From positions 69,202 through 133,201 of the IMG/VR virus record IMGVR_UViG_2671180244_000004: DNA of 64,000 nt; one strand, written 5' to 3'. Each line of letters begins with the position of its first letter. The stretch's first letter is position 1. Position numbers and translations under genes: made by a program. Of the stretch, positions 42,728-52,884 are shown one piece after another. The notes beneath the pieces were generated by a model. The model saw nothing but the letters and a program-made list of their open reading frames with translations, was not told where the DNA came from and did not search any database. The stretch comes from a virus. Taxonomy: Duplodnaviria > Caudoviricetes.

Positions 42728-43117
42728 ATGGAAAGTAATGACGTTCATGTTCGTATAAGCTTGCTTGAAGAAAAATCAAATCAGCAAGCAATTCAAATTG
42801 TTAAGCTAGAAGATAAAACAAATACACTCAACAGAATTGAAATGATATGCGAACAACAACTTGAATTTAATAAAGAATCTCAAAAGCAATCGAAAGAGTT
42901 AACTTCAACACTCATTGAAATGAGTAATAATTTAAAAAACCTCAATAAATCTTATGAAAAATTAGATACACGGGTTGAAACTCTTGAACGAAGTGATTCA
43001 ACAAGAAAGATAGATCCTTCGCAGTTTACCAAAGATATTTTTTATAAGATTCTTCCCTCAGTAGCTACAACGATAATCGGAGCATATTTGCTATACCATT
43101 TCGGAATTAATAAATAA
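42728..43117 (+). CDS. Coiled-coil plus C-terminal TM lysis accessory protein (XhlA/BhlA-type)
   Basis: Architecture and position between endolysin and holin. Confidence 0.6.
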   Translation: MESNDVHVRISLLEEKSNQQAIQIVKLEDKTNTLNRIEMICEQQLEFNKESQKQSKELTSTLIEMSNNLKNLNKSYEKLDTRVETLERSDSTRKIDPSQFTKDIFYKILPSVATTIIGAYLLYHFGINK

Positions 43118-43130
43118 GGAGCTTGATGTA

Positions 43131-43382
43131 ATGAAAATTAACTGGAAAGTACGTTTAAAAAAGAAAACATTTTGGGTGTCAATCCTCTCAGCCATCCTTT
43201 TATTCGTTCAAATGATCGCTGAGGCATTCGGTTATGACTTAACAGGATTTGGCGATGATCTAACTGTAAAATTTAATGCACTTCTCACATTCTTATCCAT
43301 TGTCGGTATTGTAGATGACCCAACTACTAAAGGTGTATCTGACAGTGATCAAGCTTTAGAATATGACGAGCCTAGAAAATAA
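43131..43382 (+). CDS. Phage holin (phi LC3 family)
   Basis: MKINWKVRLKKKTFW...DPTTKGVSDS. Confidence 0.9.
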   Translation: MKINWKVRLKKKTFWVSILSAILLFVQMIAEAFGYDLTGFGDDLTVKFNALLTFLSIVGIVDDPTTKGVSDSDQALEYDEPRK

Positions 43383-43648
43383 TGAATACAGTCAACATTA
43401 AGTATTCGCCATACCCAAATAAATTCAGTGAAGCCCACATTAATGCTGAGGGTGAGGAGAAAGTTCTAACTCTGTTGTTAGACGAAGTTGAAGTTCCCCA
43501 AGCTGATGAAGAAAGTGAACCAGCCATCTTCCCCGTTCTCAAGATTTCACTCTCTGAAGGCTTGGGCAACGAAGACATTTTAAGGATGGAAAAAGAAGAT
43601 GCTAAAGCATTTCTTCAAGTTTTAAAAGATATGATTAAACAAATGTGA
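43382..43648 (+). CDS. Hypothetical acidic protein
   Basis: Coupled to holin stop; followed by terminator. Confidence 0.6.
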   Translation: MNTVNIKYSPYPNKFSEAHINAEGEEKVLTLLLDEVEVPQADEESEPAIFPVLKISLSEGLGNEDILRMEKEDAKAFLQVLKDMIKQM

Positions 43649-43694
43649 GAGGGGTAATCCCTCTCTTTTTTTCATTTTTAATGGAGGTTAAATT

Positions 43695-43979
43695 ATGCGA
43701 TTAGGATCTGGATACAAAGGCTCTTTAAAACTAGAGTCAACAAACATTGAGAACTTCGATATTGTCCCTCCAGAATCACAAGGTTCGAATAGACCGACAC
43801 AGTTTTATAAATTTCAATTTCGCAATGACCAAGATTGCACTGTTTCTATAAATCACGGAGAACCGATTTTCATCAGGTCTGGGGATGGCTTTTCAATGGA
43901 TCATATAGACACTCCTATCTTTAGCTTTGTAATCAAAGAAAAAGGAATTCAGTATAACTTTGCTGGTGCTCACACATGA
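43695..43979 (+). CDS. Small beta-rich phage protein
   Basis: GGAGG RBS; first gene of the post-lysis module. Confidence 0.7.
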   Translation: MRLGSGYKGSLKLESTNIENFDIVPPESQGSNRPTQFYKFQFRNDQDCTVSINHGEPIFIRSGDGFSMDHIDTPIFSFVIKEKGIQYNFAGAHT

Positions 43980-44233
43980 GTTTTTTTAATCCTAGGTTAA
44001 ACAAGGGAATATCACTGAAATGGTCTTTTGAATATACACCTGACGAGAACGAGCGACTGATCTCGTTTATTGAAGTTCCAGATTACGACCCAACTAAAGA
44101 TCAACTTGCAGTTATTGTTGGAGGAGTTGAGTGCTCCCCTTCCTCTTATGTAAAAACCGATAAAAACAACATAACCTTCAATAACCCAGTTGATACGAAT
44201 TTGTTCGAGATCATGGTGAGATGTTTTGGATAG
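43976..44233 (+). CDS. Small beta-rich protein
   Basis: ATGA overlap; resembles the C-terminal region (VYKNGV..DY) of the next gene. Confidence 0.6.
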   Translation: MSFFNPRLNKGISLKWSFEYTPDENERLISFIEVPDYDPTKDQLAVIVGGVECSPSSYVKTDKNNITFNNPVDTNLFEIMVRCFG

Positions 44234-44248
44234 AAATGAGGTGATAAT

Positions 44249-46351
44249 TTGAATTTAATCTTACAGACCATACAACACATAGCTGGAAAAGAAGCAATCC
44301 TCGTTGTTGAAAATAAGGCAAAGCTTATAAATGGACAAGAAGGAGCTATCTATGCTGTTTTAAGCGATGAATCCCAATCAAATAAACCAACTCTTTATAT
44401 TTTTAAAGAAGGTCAATTTGAGCTTGTTAGTGGATCGCTTGCCGATGATGCAGAACTAAGTTTTCTTGACCTAATTGATACGCCTGCTTCATACGAAGGT
44501 TCTGCGAATAAGTGGATCAAGATAAATCCAAGTGGTACTGGACTTATATTTGCAGATGCTCCGCAAGGTGGCGGTTCAGTCGGCGATGCATCTTCTGTCG
44601 TGTTCACCCCTACTGAGCAAATCGAATCTGATAATGTACAAACAGCTATTGAGGAAATGGACTTCAAAAAAGCTCCTGTTGATAGTCCTGTATTTGAGGG
44701 CGTAGTCCAATTACCTGAAACAACTTCCATTGGAAATGTTAAACCTAAAGAAATTGCTTACTTACAAGGGTTAACAGGCAATGTCGAAAACAGGTTAAAA
44801 ACTACAGCAGAAGACATCAGAACAGTTAATGATTCTATTGATCAACTTGAGATAAAAAGTCATATACACAGCAACAAGCAAGTGATTGATAAATTTACTG
44901 AGCAAAACGGCAACCTGATGTATGGCAACTCAAAAGTGGCTTCAGGAGATATGCAAAAATCAATCTATGATGTTGATGGCGATGATATTGTTGACTTCGC
45001 AAAATCACTTTCGGGACAAGTTGTATCAATCGATGAGATTAATAACTTATTAGGGGTTACTGGCAATATCCAGGATCAAATTAATGGAATTACTACTGGG
45101 GTTCAATTTAAAGGTGAGTTTGATACATATTCAGCTGCTATGCAAGCTTTCCCCGCACCTCAGCGTGGGTATTGGATTTTCGTAAAAAGTGATTCAAACC
45201 ACAGTGGAAGTAAAACGCAGTACATTTATAGCGGAGATATTTGGGTATATGCAGGTGGTGCTTCTTCCATAAATGATGCCACATCAACAGTCAAAGGTGG
45301 CATTGTATTAAGTGGTGATTTGACAGGTACAGCTTCCCTCCCCCAATTAGTTAAAAATGGCGTTGAAGCTGGAACATATGTTAACCCCACTGTCACTGTC
45401 GATGACAAGGGAAGAGTTTCAAGTATAGCCAATGGCCAATCAACTGCTATTAATGACAATATCGTTGATAAGGTGTCTACATGGTCAAGCGAAAAAATTA
45501 ATGATTCCTTAGATTCGAAGTCTAATATTAATCACACTCATACAAACTTGCACGACCCTGCTATGCTGGGTACAGTTTTAGTTGATGAATCAAGTATCGG
45601 CAACAATAAAGTGCTTGCATATAACGAAGGCACTGAAAGACTGAATTACATACCTGTCGAAAGCAGTTCGGTGTTTGTCGGCATGAAGAAAATCACTGGA
45701 AACTATGAGTTGATTGCTGGAGGGTATACGAAACTTGCAGTAGATGAAACTGGCAAAAAGATCACAATCACTTCAATCAACAGCGGCGGGATTAAATATC
45801 GTTATGAATCATTGCCTAATGATCGATCTATCCCTGTTAAGTTGTTTAATGTACCAGAATATGAAAACAACAATGACACAATGATGGTTTACAAAAACGG
45901 AGTGCTTCAATCAAAGCAAATGGATTACATAGAGAAATCAAATAAATCCATTGAATTTATTAAAGAAATTCCAGTTGATGATCACATTGTTTTTATTGCT
46001 ATGTCAGGAGGCAGAGGCGGTGTGCCTACGTTAAGCGAGATTAATGAGACTGTTGCATTGCTACCCAATGAAACGAAAACCATCTCATTAGATGCATGGT
46101 TCGACAAGTATGATATCAGAACCATTTACGCAAAAGATGAGAACAAGAATTTAATATCAATTTCTATTTTTGACAAATCTTCAAATGGAGACATTGTGTA
46201 TCAGAGCTTGAAGTCAGATTCAATTTACGATATCGCAAATATTCCCTGTCAGGATAAAGATGGTACACAGAAAATGCATGTTCAATTGATCAATCACAGT
46301 CAGAACAATGCTCAAGTAACTTTAAAAATCAAAACAACAAACTTACTATAG
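44249..46351 (+). CDS. Fibre-like structural protein (700 aa)
   Basis: Fibre repeats LIDTPASYEG, GDMQKSIYDVDGD, DATSTVKG and AGTY...TVDDKGRV. Confidence 0.7.
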   Translation: MNLILQTIQHIAGKEAILVVENKAKLINGQEGAIYAVLSDESQSNKPTLYIFKEGQFELVSGSLADDAELSFLDLIDTPASYEGSANKWIKINPSGTGLIFADAPQGGGSVGDASSVVFTPTEQIESDNVQTAIEEMDFKKAPVDSPVFEGVVQLPETTSIGNVKPKEIAYLQGLTGNVENRLKTTAEDIRTVNDSIDQLEIKSHIHSNKQVIDKFTEQNGNLMYGNSKVASGDMQKSIYDVDGDDIVDFAKSLSGQVVSIDEINNLLGVTGNIQDQINGITTGVQFKGEFDTYSAAMQAFPAPQRGYWIFVKSDSNHSGSKTQYIYSGDIWVYAGGASSINDATSTVKGGIVLSGDLTGTASLPQLVKNGVEAGTYVNPTVTVDDKGRVSSIANGQSTAINDNIVDKVSTWSSEKINDSLDSKSNINHTHTNLHDPAMLGTVLVDESSIGNNKVLAYNEGTERLNYIPVESSSVFVGMKKITGNYELIAGGYTKLAVDETGKKITITSINSGGIKYRYESLPNDRSIPVKLFNVPEYENNNDTMMVYKNGVLQSKQMDYIEKSNKSIEFIKEIPVDDHIVFIAMSGGRGGVPTLSEINETVALLPNETKTISLDAWFDKYDIRTIYAKDENKNLISISIFDKSSNGDIVYQSLKSDSIYDIANIPCQDKDGTQKMHVQLINHSQNNAQVTLKIKTTNLL

Positions 46352-46361
46352 GAGGTTATTT

Positions 46362-47210
46362 ATGGGATACATATTTACAACAGGGGCTTGTCTTAAAAGC
46401 GACCTGTACTCAGTGATTAGGAACTCTTTAATTAACGCTGGATGGGAAAACAAATCCTCTAACGCAACTTCTGATTATGATGTCTTTTATTCTACTGGAG
46501 AATCAGGAGATAAAAAACTTGTATTTCAGATGAGGGCTACTGATTTAACAGATAAAAACTCAGTTATTACAACTGATTATTGTGCAGCTTCGTTGAGATT
46601 GATTGAATCATACACCCCTGGTTCAACTGGTGCTGCCGGAACTGTAGGTAGACCTAGTGAGCCATGGAAATATTTCATGGTTTCTCCCACTACTGGATTG
46701 CTATCTAAAGATACTACAATGAATTATCGTATTAATGTTAATAAAAACAGACTGATCATTGTTATTGAGAGTCCTTCTGCAACGGGAGTTGGGTGTGTTT
46801 TAAATTACATCGGTCTTCCTGACGAAATCTATGCGGATGAACCAGACAGCAGAGGTTTAATTTATGCTACAACAGCAAGAGCAGATGTTGCTAGTAATGT
46901 GCTTATTTCGAATTCACCTGTAAACATTGCTTCTGCAACATCTGCTACAGTCAGACCAATTATAGTAAACCTTTCACCAAAGAATCCAAATACTCAAGGA
47001 CTTTACATGTTGTCTGAGTTTTACTACGGAAATACAAGTGAAGGCACTCGTGGCAAACTCACTGGAATTTATGGGTTGCCGAATGATAATGTGCTACATG
47101 GAAGTATTATAGAGGACGGTTCTAGACAATACTTTGTAATTGTACCTGGTGTTCTTTCTAGTAATTCTTTCGGCTCTGCAGCTATAGCAATTGAAGTCAC
47201 TGGGTATTAA
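46362..47210 (+). CDS. Putative virion protein, paralogue A (282 aa)
   Basis: Shared K.DLY..I...L..AGW.N.SS....DYDV.YSTGE.G motif. Confidence 0.7.
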   Translation: MGYIFTTGACLKSDLYSVIRNSLINAGWENKSSNATSDYDVFYSTGESGDKKLVFQMRATDLTDKNSVITTDYCAASLRLIESYTPGSTGAAGTVGRPSEPWKYFMVSPTTGLLSKDTTMNYRINVNKNRLIIVIESPSATGVGCVLNYIGLPDEIYADEPDSRGLIYATTARADVASNVLISNSPVNIASATSATVRPIIVNLSPKNPNTQGLYMLSEFYYGNTSEGTRGKLTGIYGLPNDNVLHGSIIEDGSRQYFVIVPGVLSSNSFGSAAIAIEVTGY

Positions 47211-47212
47211 TT

Positions 47213-48067
47213 ATGAGCGTTGTGTTCAAGAAGGAAACTATTAAGAAAAAGAATCTTTATAATCGTATTATATCCTTATTAATCGATGCTGGATGGACTA
47301 ATGTTGCATCGAACCCCAGTACAGATTTTGATGTTATGTATTCCACTGGTGAGACTGGTAAAGAAAGTATCTATTTTAATATTCGTCCTTTCGCTAGTGC
47401 AGTTACTTCCCCTTCTGCTTCAACGAATTTTTCATCAACGGACTATACTTATTTTTCCTTCCGATTATGTAAGGAGTATACTCCTTCTAATAATCCAATG
47501 AGTTCTGGAACTTTCAAAAGAAATGAAGCTTGGAATATTGTCTTTATAACAACTGCTGCAACGCTTAATCCAGAAACTGACTTGTCATTGTATTACTCTG
47601 TAAATAGGGATCGGATAGTTTTCACTGTCGTCCCTCCCACTATCTTGAGATCAAATGCCAGCATATGCTATTTCGGAAAGCCTGTTATTCATGGTAAAAC
47701 AGCCAAAAATGTGAATTGTCTTTATGCTACTTCAGCAAATTCGTTAACTACTGGAAAAGCATTAATAGACGATCAAGCAGATTATCCCCAAGCCGCTTCT
47801 TACTTATTAAGCACCTTTATGAGTGACAACCTGACTAACATTTTTGGCACTATGTTTATTAGCCCAATCGCTTTTGGTGATAGCCTAGAAGGTGTGAGAG
47901 GTTATTTAGATGGACTGTATGCTATAAAACCAGACATTGGGATGTTAGATGGAGATGTTTACATTGACTCTAAGACAAAGAAAAAATATATGGTTTTCTA
48001 TACTTTTTTCACAACTAACAGAACAACTTCTTTTCCGTCAAACTATATTGGAATTGAGGTGGAATAA
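47213..48067 (+). CDS. Putative virion protein, paralogue B (284 aa)
   Basis: Same N-terminal and EG.RG.L.G.Y motifs. Confidence 0.7.
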   Translation: MSVVFKKETIKKKNLYNRIISLLIDAGWTNVASNPSTDFDVMYSTGETGKESIYFNIRPFASAVTSPSASTNFSSTDYTYFSFRLCKEYTPSNNPMSSGTFKRNEAWNIVFITTAATLNPETDLSLYYSVNRDRIVFTVVPPTILRSNASICYFGKPVIHGKTAKNVNCLYATSANSLTTGKALIDDQADYPQAASYLLSTFMSDNLTNIFGTMFISPIAFGDSLEGVRGYLDGLYAIKPDIGMLDGDVYIDSKTKKKYMVFYTFFTTNRTTSFPSNYIGIEVE

Positions 48068-48342
48068 TGGATAAGTTAAAAGGCTTTGTAATGAGTTCGA
48101 CTCTTTATGGACAAAGAAAGCCATCATATACTAATGTCAAAATCATTTCTTCTGTGCCTGTTGTTGGATTAAGGGACTCGAATTTTGAGAAACAAGTTAT
48201 TGTTTCAGATCCGTATGCAATTAAATCTGCAAAAAAGAAAACTGATATTAGAAAAGGATTCGTTTTGGGTGCTGGAACATCCATGAATTCTCCTAGACAA
48301 ACGCCTTTAGAACATAGTTGGACTAAGGGGATGAAGAATTAA
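48067..48342 (+). CDS. Small basic hypothetical protein
   Basis: Stop/start overlaps on both sides. Confidence 0.6.
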   Translation: MDKLKGFVMSSTLYGQRKPSYTNVKIISSVPVVGLRDSNFEKQVIVSDPYAIKSAKKKTDIRKGFVLGAGTSMNSPRQTPLEHSWTKGMKN

Positions 48343-49191
48343 TGTCTGATACAATTTTCAATAAAATAACTGTTTTAAAGAAAGATTTATATAGCAAACT
48401 AAAGCAAATCATGCTTGAATCAGGGTGGCAGAATATTTCTAGCCGTCCATCAACTGACTATGATGTAATGTTTTCGAACGGTGAAGATGGAAAGAAGGAA
48501 ATTTATTTTCAGATGAGGGATATTGCTAGTACGACTGCAGGCTCATCCACGACATTTTCAAATACAAATTCACGATTTTTCTCAATGAGATTATCAGGTA
48601 GGTATCTGCCTGGATCTTCTGGTGTTGCTGGAACATTTTCAAAAAATAGTGATACATGGAAAGCTGTAGCGATAACTTATCAATCAGAAATCCTTCCTAA
48701 TCAGCCAATCGAACTTTATTACAGCTGCAATAAGGACAGACTTATCTTCTTGACTGACTATTCTCTGTCGCTTACACTACCATCTACATTGAATTACATA
48801 GGTGTTCCCGTAACTTTCGCAGATGAACATGAGTGGAGTTCTTGTGTATTTGCATCTAGCATCGGAAGTGGCAGACGTTTATATGTAACTGACATCAAAA
48901 ATGATTATTCAGTAACTGCGCCAATCACTTACTTGACCTACTTAGGGTTAGGTAGTAAGAATAAAATCGGTGAAAAAATATTGATGAGTAATGTTATTTA
49001 CGGTAGTACAAGCGAAGGATTAAAGGGTACAATACCTGAAGTTTTCTCGTTCGGTTCTACAGATGGACTTGTTAATGGAGACCTAATTAGAAATGAAGAA
49101 AAAGCATATAAAATTTTTTGAAACAACTCCTGGCACTTCAACAATTTATTCCTCATTTATTTCAAAATTTATCGCAATTAGAGTTCAATAA
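48342..49191 (+). pseudogene. Paralogue C, frameshifted in T6 run at 49114-49119 (282 aa if one T is removed)
   Basis: Shifted frame reads FETTPGTSTIYSSFISKFIAIRVQ*, matching the paralogue C-termini. Confidence 0.75.
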
Positions 49192-49242
49192 ACAAAACCC
49201 CTCCTCAAATTGAGCAGGGGTATTTTTTTCGTTTTATCAAAT

Positions 49243-49372
49243 AAAAAAAAGACATTCCATAAACGTGGACAGTTGTTGGAATGTCTTTTTTGTTTAGCCT
49301 AGGCTATTGCACTAGCCCAAGCTCATTCCACCTCAAAGGAGGTGAAAAATATGAAGCTATCCACTATTATAA
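49243..49372 (-). ncRNA. Putative small RNA with anti-Shine-Dalgarno tract
   Basis: TTGTTT-17-TATAAT promoter (49405 to 49377), internal hairpins, terminator at about 49243-49292. Confidence 0.4.
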
Positions 49373-49548
49373 TTAAATTATACCTTATAACAGTTCAGTA
49401 AACAAATAAATTCTAAATCTGGATTTCACTTTTATATGCCAAAAAGGTGTCCACAGAATAATCCGTGAACACCTTCTAGCCCTTCTTCATTAAGAAGAAG
49501 AAATCCTATGAGAACTTATAATGCATCAGAAATCATTTTAAGTCAACA

Positions 49549-50817
49549 TTAACTTTTATGACCGCCCGTTAAATTAGCTCTGTATAATGCAGTACCGCCT
49601 TTAGTATATGATATAGCCCTCAGTAGCGATTTCGATCCGTATTTATTTCTAATACCATCCATAACGTACCCAAGCTGTCTTTTTTTCTCTAATCCTCTTT
49701 CATCAAATAAAGTTAGCTGCTGATTAGCATCTTCTTCAATTTTACTTAATGTTACTGAAACACTTCTAACAGTCTTATGTTGATAAAAAGTGTTAAACAA
49801 CTCAATACAGGTGTTATAGATGTCCATAGTTATATTAGTTGGGCTTTCAATTGTCTTGCTTCTGTGGAACCCTCCGCCATATTCTTCTTTGCTATATCCG
49901 ATACCTAAGCTAATCGTTCTCCCAACTTTATTATGATCTCGTGTTCTTTTAGCAACCTCTTCACATATTTCGAGAATCACTGCTTTGATTTCTTCTTTTG
50001 TCGTGTAGTCTCTGAGTAGTATCTGACTTTTTCCGAAACTAACTTGACCTTGTAACACTGGGGCACCTATCTCAGATAAGTCTATACCCCAAGCATGGTG
50101 ATAAATCTGATTCCCCATTACTCCGAATTTCTTTTCTAAGGATTCAAGTGAATATTTAGCTAATGCACCAACTGTGTATATGCCCATTCGATTCAAGTTT
50201 TGTTCCATTCGTCTCCCAATTCCCCACATTTTAGAGATTGGTCTAACTGGCCATAGCTTCTCTGGAATGTCTTCATATCTCCATCTAACTATACCGTTCG
50301 GTGCTTTCTTACTTTCTAAATCCAAAGCAAGTTTACTGATCAGCATATTATCACCAATTCCAATTGTACAAGGCAAGCCAAATTCCCGCATGATAGCATC
50401 CTGTATATGCTCTGCTATTTCTTCAACACTGTTCCACATTCTCATAACACCATCAACTTTTAAAAAGGATTCATCTATGGAGTAAGTGTGAACATCACAT
50501 TCTGGCACATAGCGATAAAACAATTGTGTGATTTTTGTTGAAACGTTTATAAAAGTGTCCATTTTGGGATTAACAATATGAATTCTTGAATCATTCGGAA
50601 TTTCAAATAGCCTTGAGCCAGTTTTAATTTTGAAATTTTGCTTGAGTTTAGGGCTTGCTGCTAACACGACACTCCCCTGTCTCTCTGTGCTGCCCACTAC
50701 AGCTAAATAGCACTCTAGTGGATCTAAACCCATCATAACTGCTGAAATGGAAGCGTAAAAAGATTTCATGTCTACACACAGAATCTTGTGACGTGGAAAC
50801 TTGGTGTAATCAACCAT
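49549..50817 (-). CDS. uvrX: Y-family DNA polymerase UvrX
   Basis: CVDMKSFYAS and YSIDESF motifs. Confidence 0.93.
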   Translation of the reverse strand: MVDYTKFPRHKILCVDMKSFYASISAVMMGLDPLECYLAVVGSTERQGSVVLAASPKLKQNFKIKTGSRLFEIPNDSRIHIVNPKMDTFINVSTKITQLFYRYVPECDVHTYSIDESFLKVDGVMRMWNSVEEIAEHIQDAIMREFGLPCTIGIGDNMLISKLALDLESKKAPNGIVRWRYEDIPEKLWPVRPISKMWGIGRRMEQNLNRMGIYTVGALAKYSLESLEKKFGVMGNQIYHHAWGIDLSEIGAPVLQGQVSFGKSQILLRDYTTKEEIKAVILEICEEVAKRTRDHNKVGRTISLGIGYSKEEYGGGFHRSKTIESPTNITMDIYNTCIELFNTFYQHKTVRSVSVTLSKIEEDANQQLTLFDERGLEKKRQLGYVMDGIRNKYGSKSLLRAISYTKGGTALYRANLTGGHKS

Positions 50818-51139
50818 AAGAAACACCCACTATGTCATCTAACAAAACAAAGTGAATATCATCTGACATATCCTTTATATGTAGCATCTTCTTTTCGTAA
50901 TTGATGTATTGTGTGAAACCTTTAAGTTGATTGACAACTCCTGAATCATAAATTGAAAAAATTAATGGGTTGTTAACACTCATTGCGTAAGCAATTGTTG
51001 CTTCAAACTCTTCTGCTTGTTGTTCATCTATAATTGGTTTATCTGTTTTTTTCGTTTCTGCTAAATCATGCTTAAGTCGTGCAACATGCTCAGGTAACAT
51101 CATAGCTGTCCATTTAATCGTACCTCTGTCTCTAAGCAT
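50810..51139 (-). CDS. yolD: YolD-like protein
   Basis: MLRDRGTIKWTAMMLPEH signature. Confidence 0.93.
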   Translation of the reverse strand: MLRDRGTIKWTAMMLPEHVARLKHDLAETKKTDKPIIDEQQAEEFEATIAYAMSVNNPLIFSIYDSGVVNQLKGFTQYINYEKKMLHIKDMSDDIHFVLLDDIVGVSYG

Positions 51140-51173
51140 TTAATCACTCCTTCTTGAATGATTAAATAGTAAC

Positions 51174-51217
51174 AGAACAAACGTTCTTTATCAATGTGTT
51201 TTAAGAACTTTTGTTCG
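51174..51217. promoter_or_regulatory. Two LexA (SOS) boxes
   Basis: AGAACAAACGTTCT (51174-51187) and AGAACTTTTGTTCG (51204-51217) match GAAC-N4-GTTC. Confidence 0.85.
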
Positions 51218-51287
51218 ATGTAAATAATGGTATACAAAATCTATCCTTCTGTTACAATTTATGTATAGCGTTGAGGAGGTCGACACT

Positions 51288-52304
51288 GTGTCATTAACAA
51301 GCAGAATAAAAAGCAATAAAGAATTTAGAGATATTATTTCAACAGTAGCACCATTAAAAGAAGATTACACCACTCTCAGTGGTAAAACACCCTTTTCAAA
51401 AGAATATACCTGTTTAGTTGAGAGTAATCTGCCACATGCTGGAGATTCCAGTTTAGTTGGTGTAGCTTTTGATTATTTAGCAAGATTTAGAATTGGTCAA
51501 ATCATAAACAACACTGATGCGGGACAATACTTAGCTGCTTTAAGTGGTATTAGAAAGCTTCAGCGAAAAACTTTAGACTTCAAGCTTAAAGATGAGTATT
51601 ATCTCCCCCTTCACACTGCTGTTTATGATTTTATAAAAAACAAAGAGGCAATATCTGACGGAATACTGTTAGTTGCTCTTAGATTAGGTAAATTAGAACA
51701 ATTTTTTAGAATGAGAGTGTCTAAAGATTTTGATAAGAATGAGTTTTTAACTATTCAACGATCAGAAATGCTTATTCCTGATTTAAAAGAATTAATGGCT
51801 GTTTTCGAAGAAAAGTTTATATCTAGTGGTATTGTTAATAAGAAAAGTGAGGTTGTTTTCAATCCCAACTTTGGAATAAGTTCTTTTTTAGTGGACGGTG
51901 CGGATGCTGACATTATTATTGATGGCGTTTTATACGATTTTAAAACCACAGGAAACTTTAAGTATGACTCTAAAGATAGTCTTCAACTAAGCGGCTACTT
52001 CTTGCTTAATCGAATTCTTCGAGAGATAGAAGACAACCACTTAATTATTGGCAGCTTAAATTATGATAAAATTAGTTTCAATAAGGTTTGCTTATATAAA
52101 GCGAGATTTGGCGAGTTCGAGTACTATGATTTTAATGTGATCAAAAAAGAATTATTAGACGATACTGTTATAAATTTAGCTGGATATTTTGATAATAATC
52201 CTGGCAGGCTTAATAATATTTTTTTAGCTGCCCCTTTTGCTGATGAAGAAGGCTACAGAAATGCCATAAAAAAAATAGCTAATAAAAATAAGACACCCTT
52301 ATAG
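51288..52304 (+). CDS. PD-(D/E)XK nuclease-like protein
   Basis: GADADIIIDGVLYDFKTT...QLSGY motif; GAGGAGG RBS with GTG start. Confidence 0.65.
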   Translation: MSLTSRIKSNKEFRDIISTVAPLKEDYTTLSGKTPFSKEYTCLVESNLPHAGDSSLVGVAFDYLARFRIGQIINNTDAGQYLAALSGIRKLQRKTLDFKLKDEYYLPLHTAVYDFIKNKEAISDGILLVALRLGKLEQFFRMRVSKDFDKNEFLTIQRSEMLIPDLKELMAVFEEKFISSGIVNKKSEVVFNPNFGISSFLVDGADADIIIDGVLYDFKTTGNFKYDSKDSLQLSGYFLLNRILREIEDNHLIIGSLNYDKISFNKVCLYKARFGEFEYYDFNVIKKELLDDTVINLAGYFDNNPGRLNNIFLAAPFADEEGYRNAIKKIANKNKTPL

Positions 52305-52313
52305 ATGGTGTCT

Positions 52314-52883
52314 TTATTCTCTTTCCTTTAACATTTTTAAAAGGTCGTCACTAAGTTGAATATCAATATCTTCTGTATCACTATCTTCATCATCATCTTG
52401 AACAACAAATAACCCTTCAATAAATTCAGTAAATGTATCAGCAATCAGGAACAGATCCTGGTCTCTATCTCTAAGTTCATGATCCCAAAAATAAATTTTC
52501 CCTTGATTTATTTCACTAACATCTAAACAAATCAGGTCTCCGCCGTCTGCGTCTGCGATAGGAATTATTTGTTCTGGCAATTGTTCTTTATATGTTTTTA
52601 TGGCTTCTCGTATATCATAATCATTCTGCTCCAACCCATAAAACAATTCGACTGGCACTGATTCACCAACTAACCACACTGGTTTTTCTCTTAGATATGT
52701 ATATACATTGTCCTCAATCCAACATTCCCCGTATTCATTAACAAAACTTTTATAATCAGAAGAAATATGATATCCGTTTTCTTCTTCTATCTTATTCATT
52801 TCGTTTAATGAGTTATTTGTTTTGGTTGATCTAATATCAATAGTGTATTGATCAAGTTTGTCTTTAATCCGTTTAAAACTCAT
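52314..52883 (-). CDS. SMI1/KNR4 (SUKH) immunity protein
   Basis: IPIADADGGDLICLD...GKIYFWDHE...IADTFTEFI. Confidence 0.9.
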   Translation of the reverse strand: MSFKRIKDKLDQYTIDIRSTKTNNSLNEMNKIEEENGYHISSDYKSFVNEYGECWIEDNVYTYLREKPVWLVGESVPVELFYGLEQNDYDIREAIKTYKEQLPEQIIPIADADGGDLICLDVSEINQGKIYFWDHELRDRDQDLFLIADTFTEFIEGLFVVQDDDEDSDTEDIDIQLSDDLLKMLKERE

Positions 52884-52884
52884 T

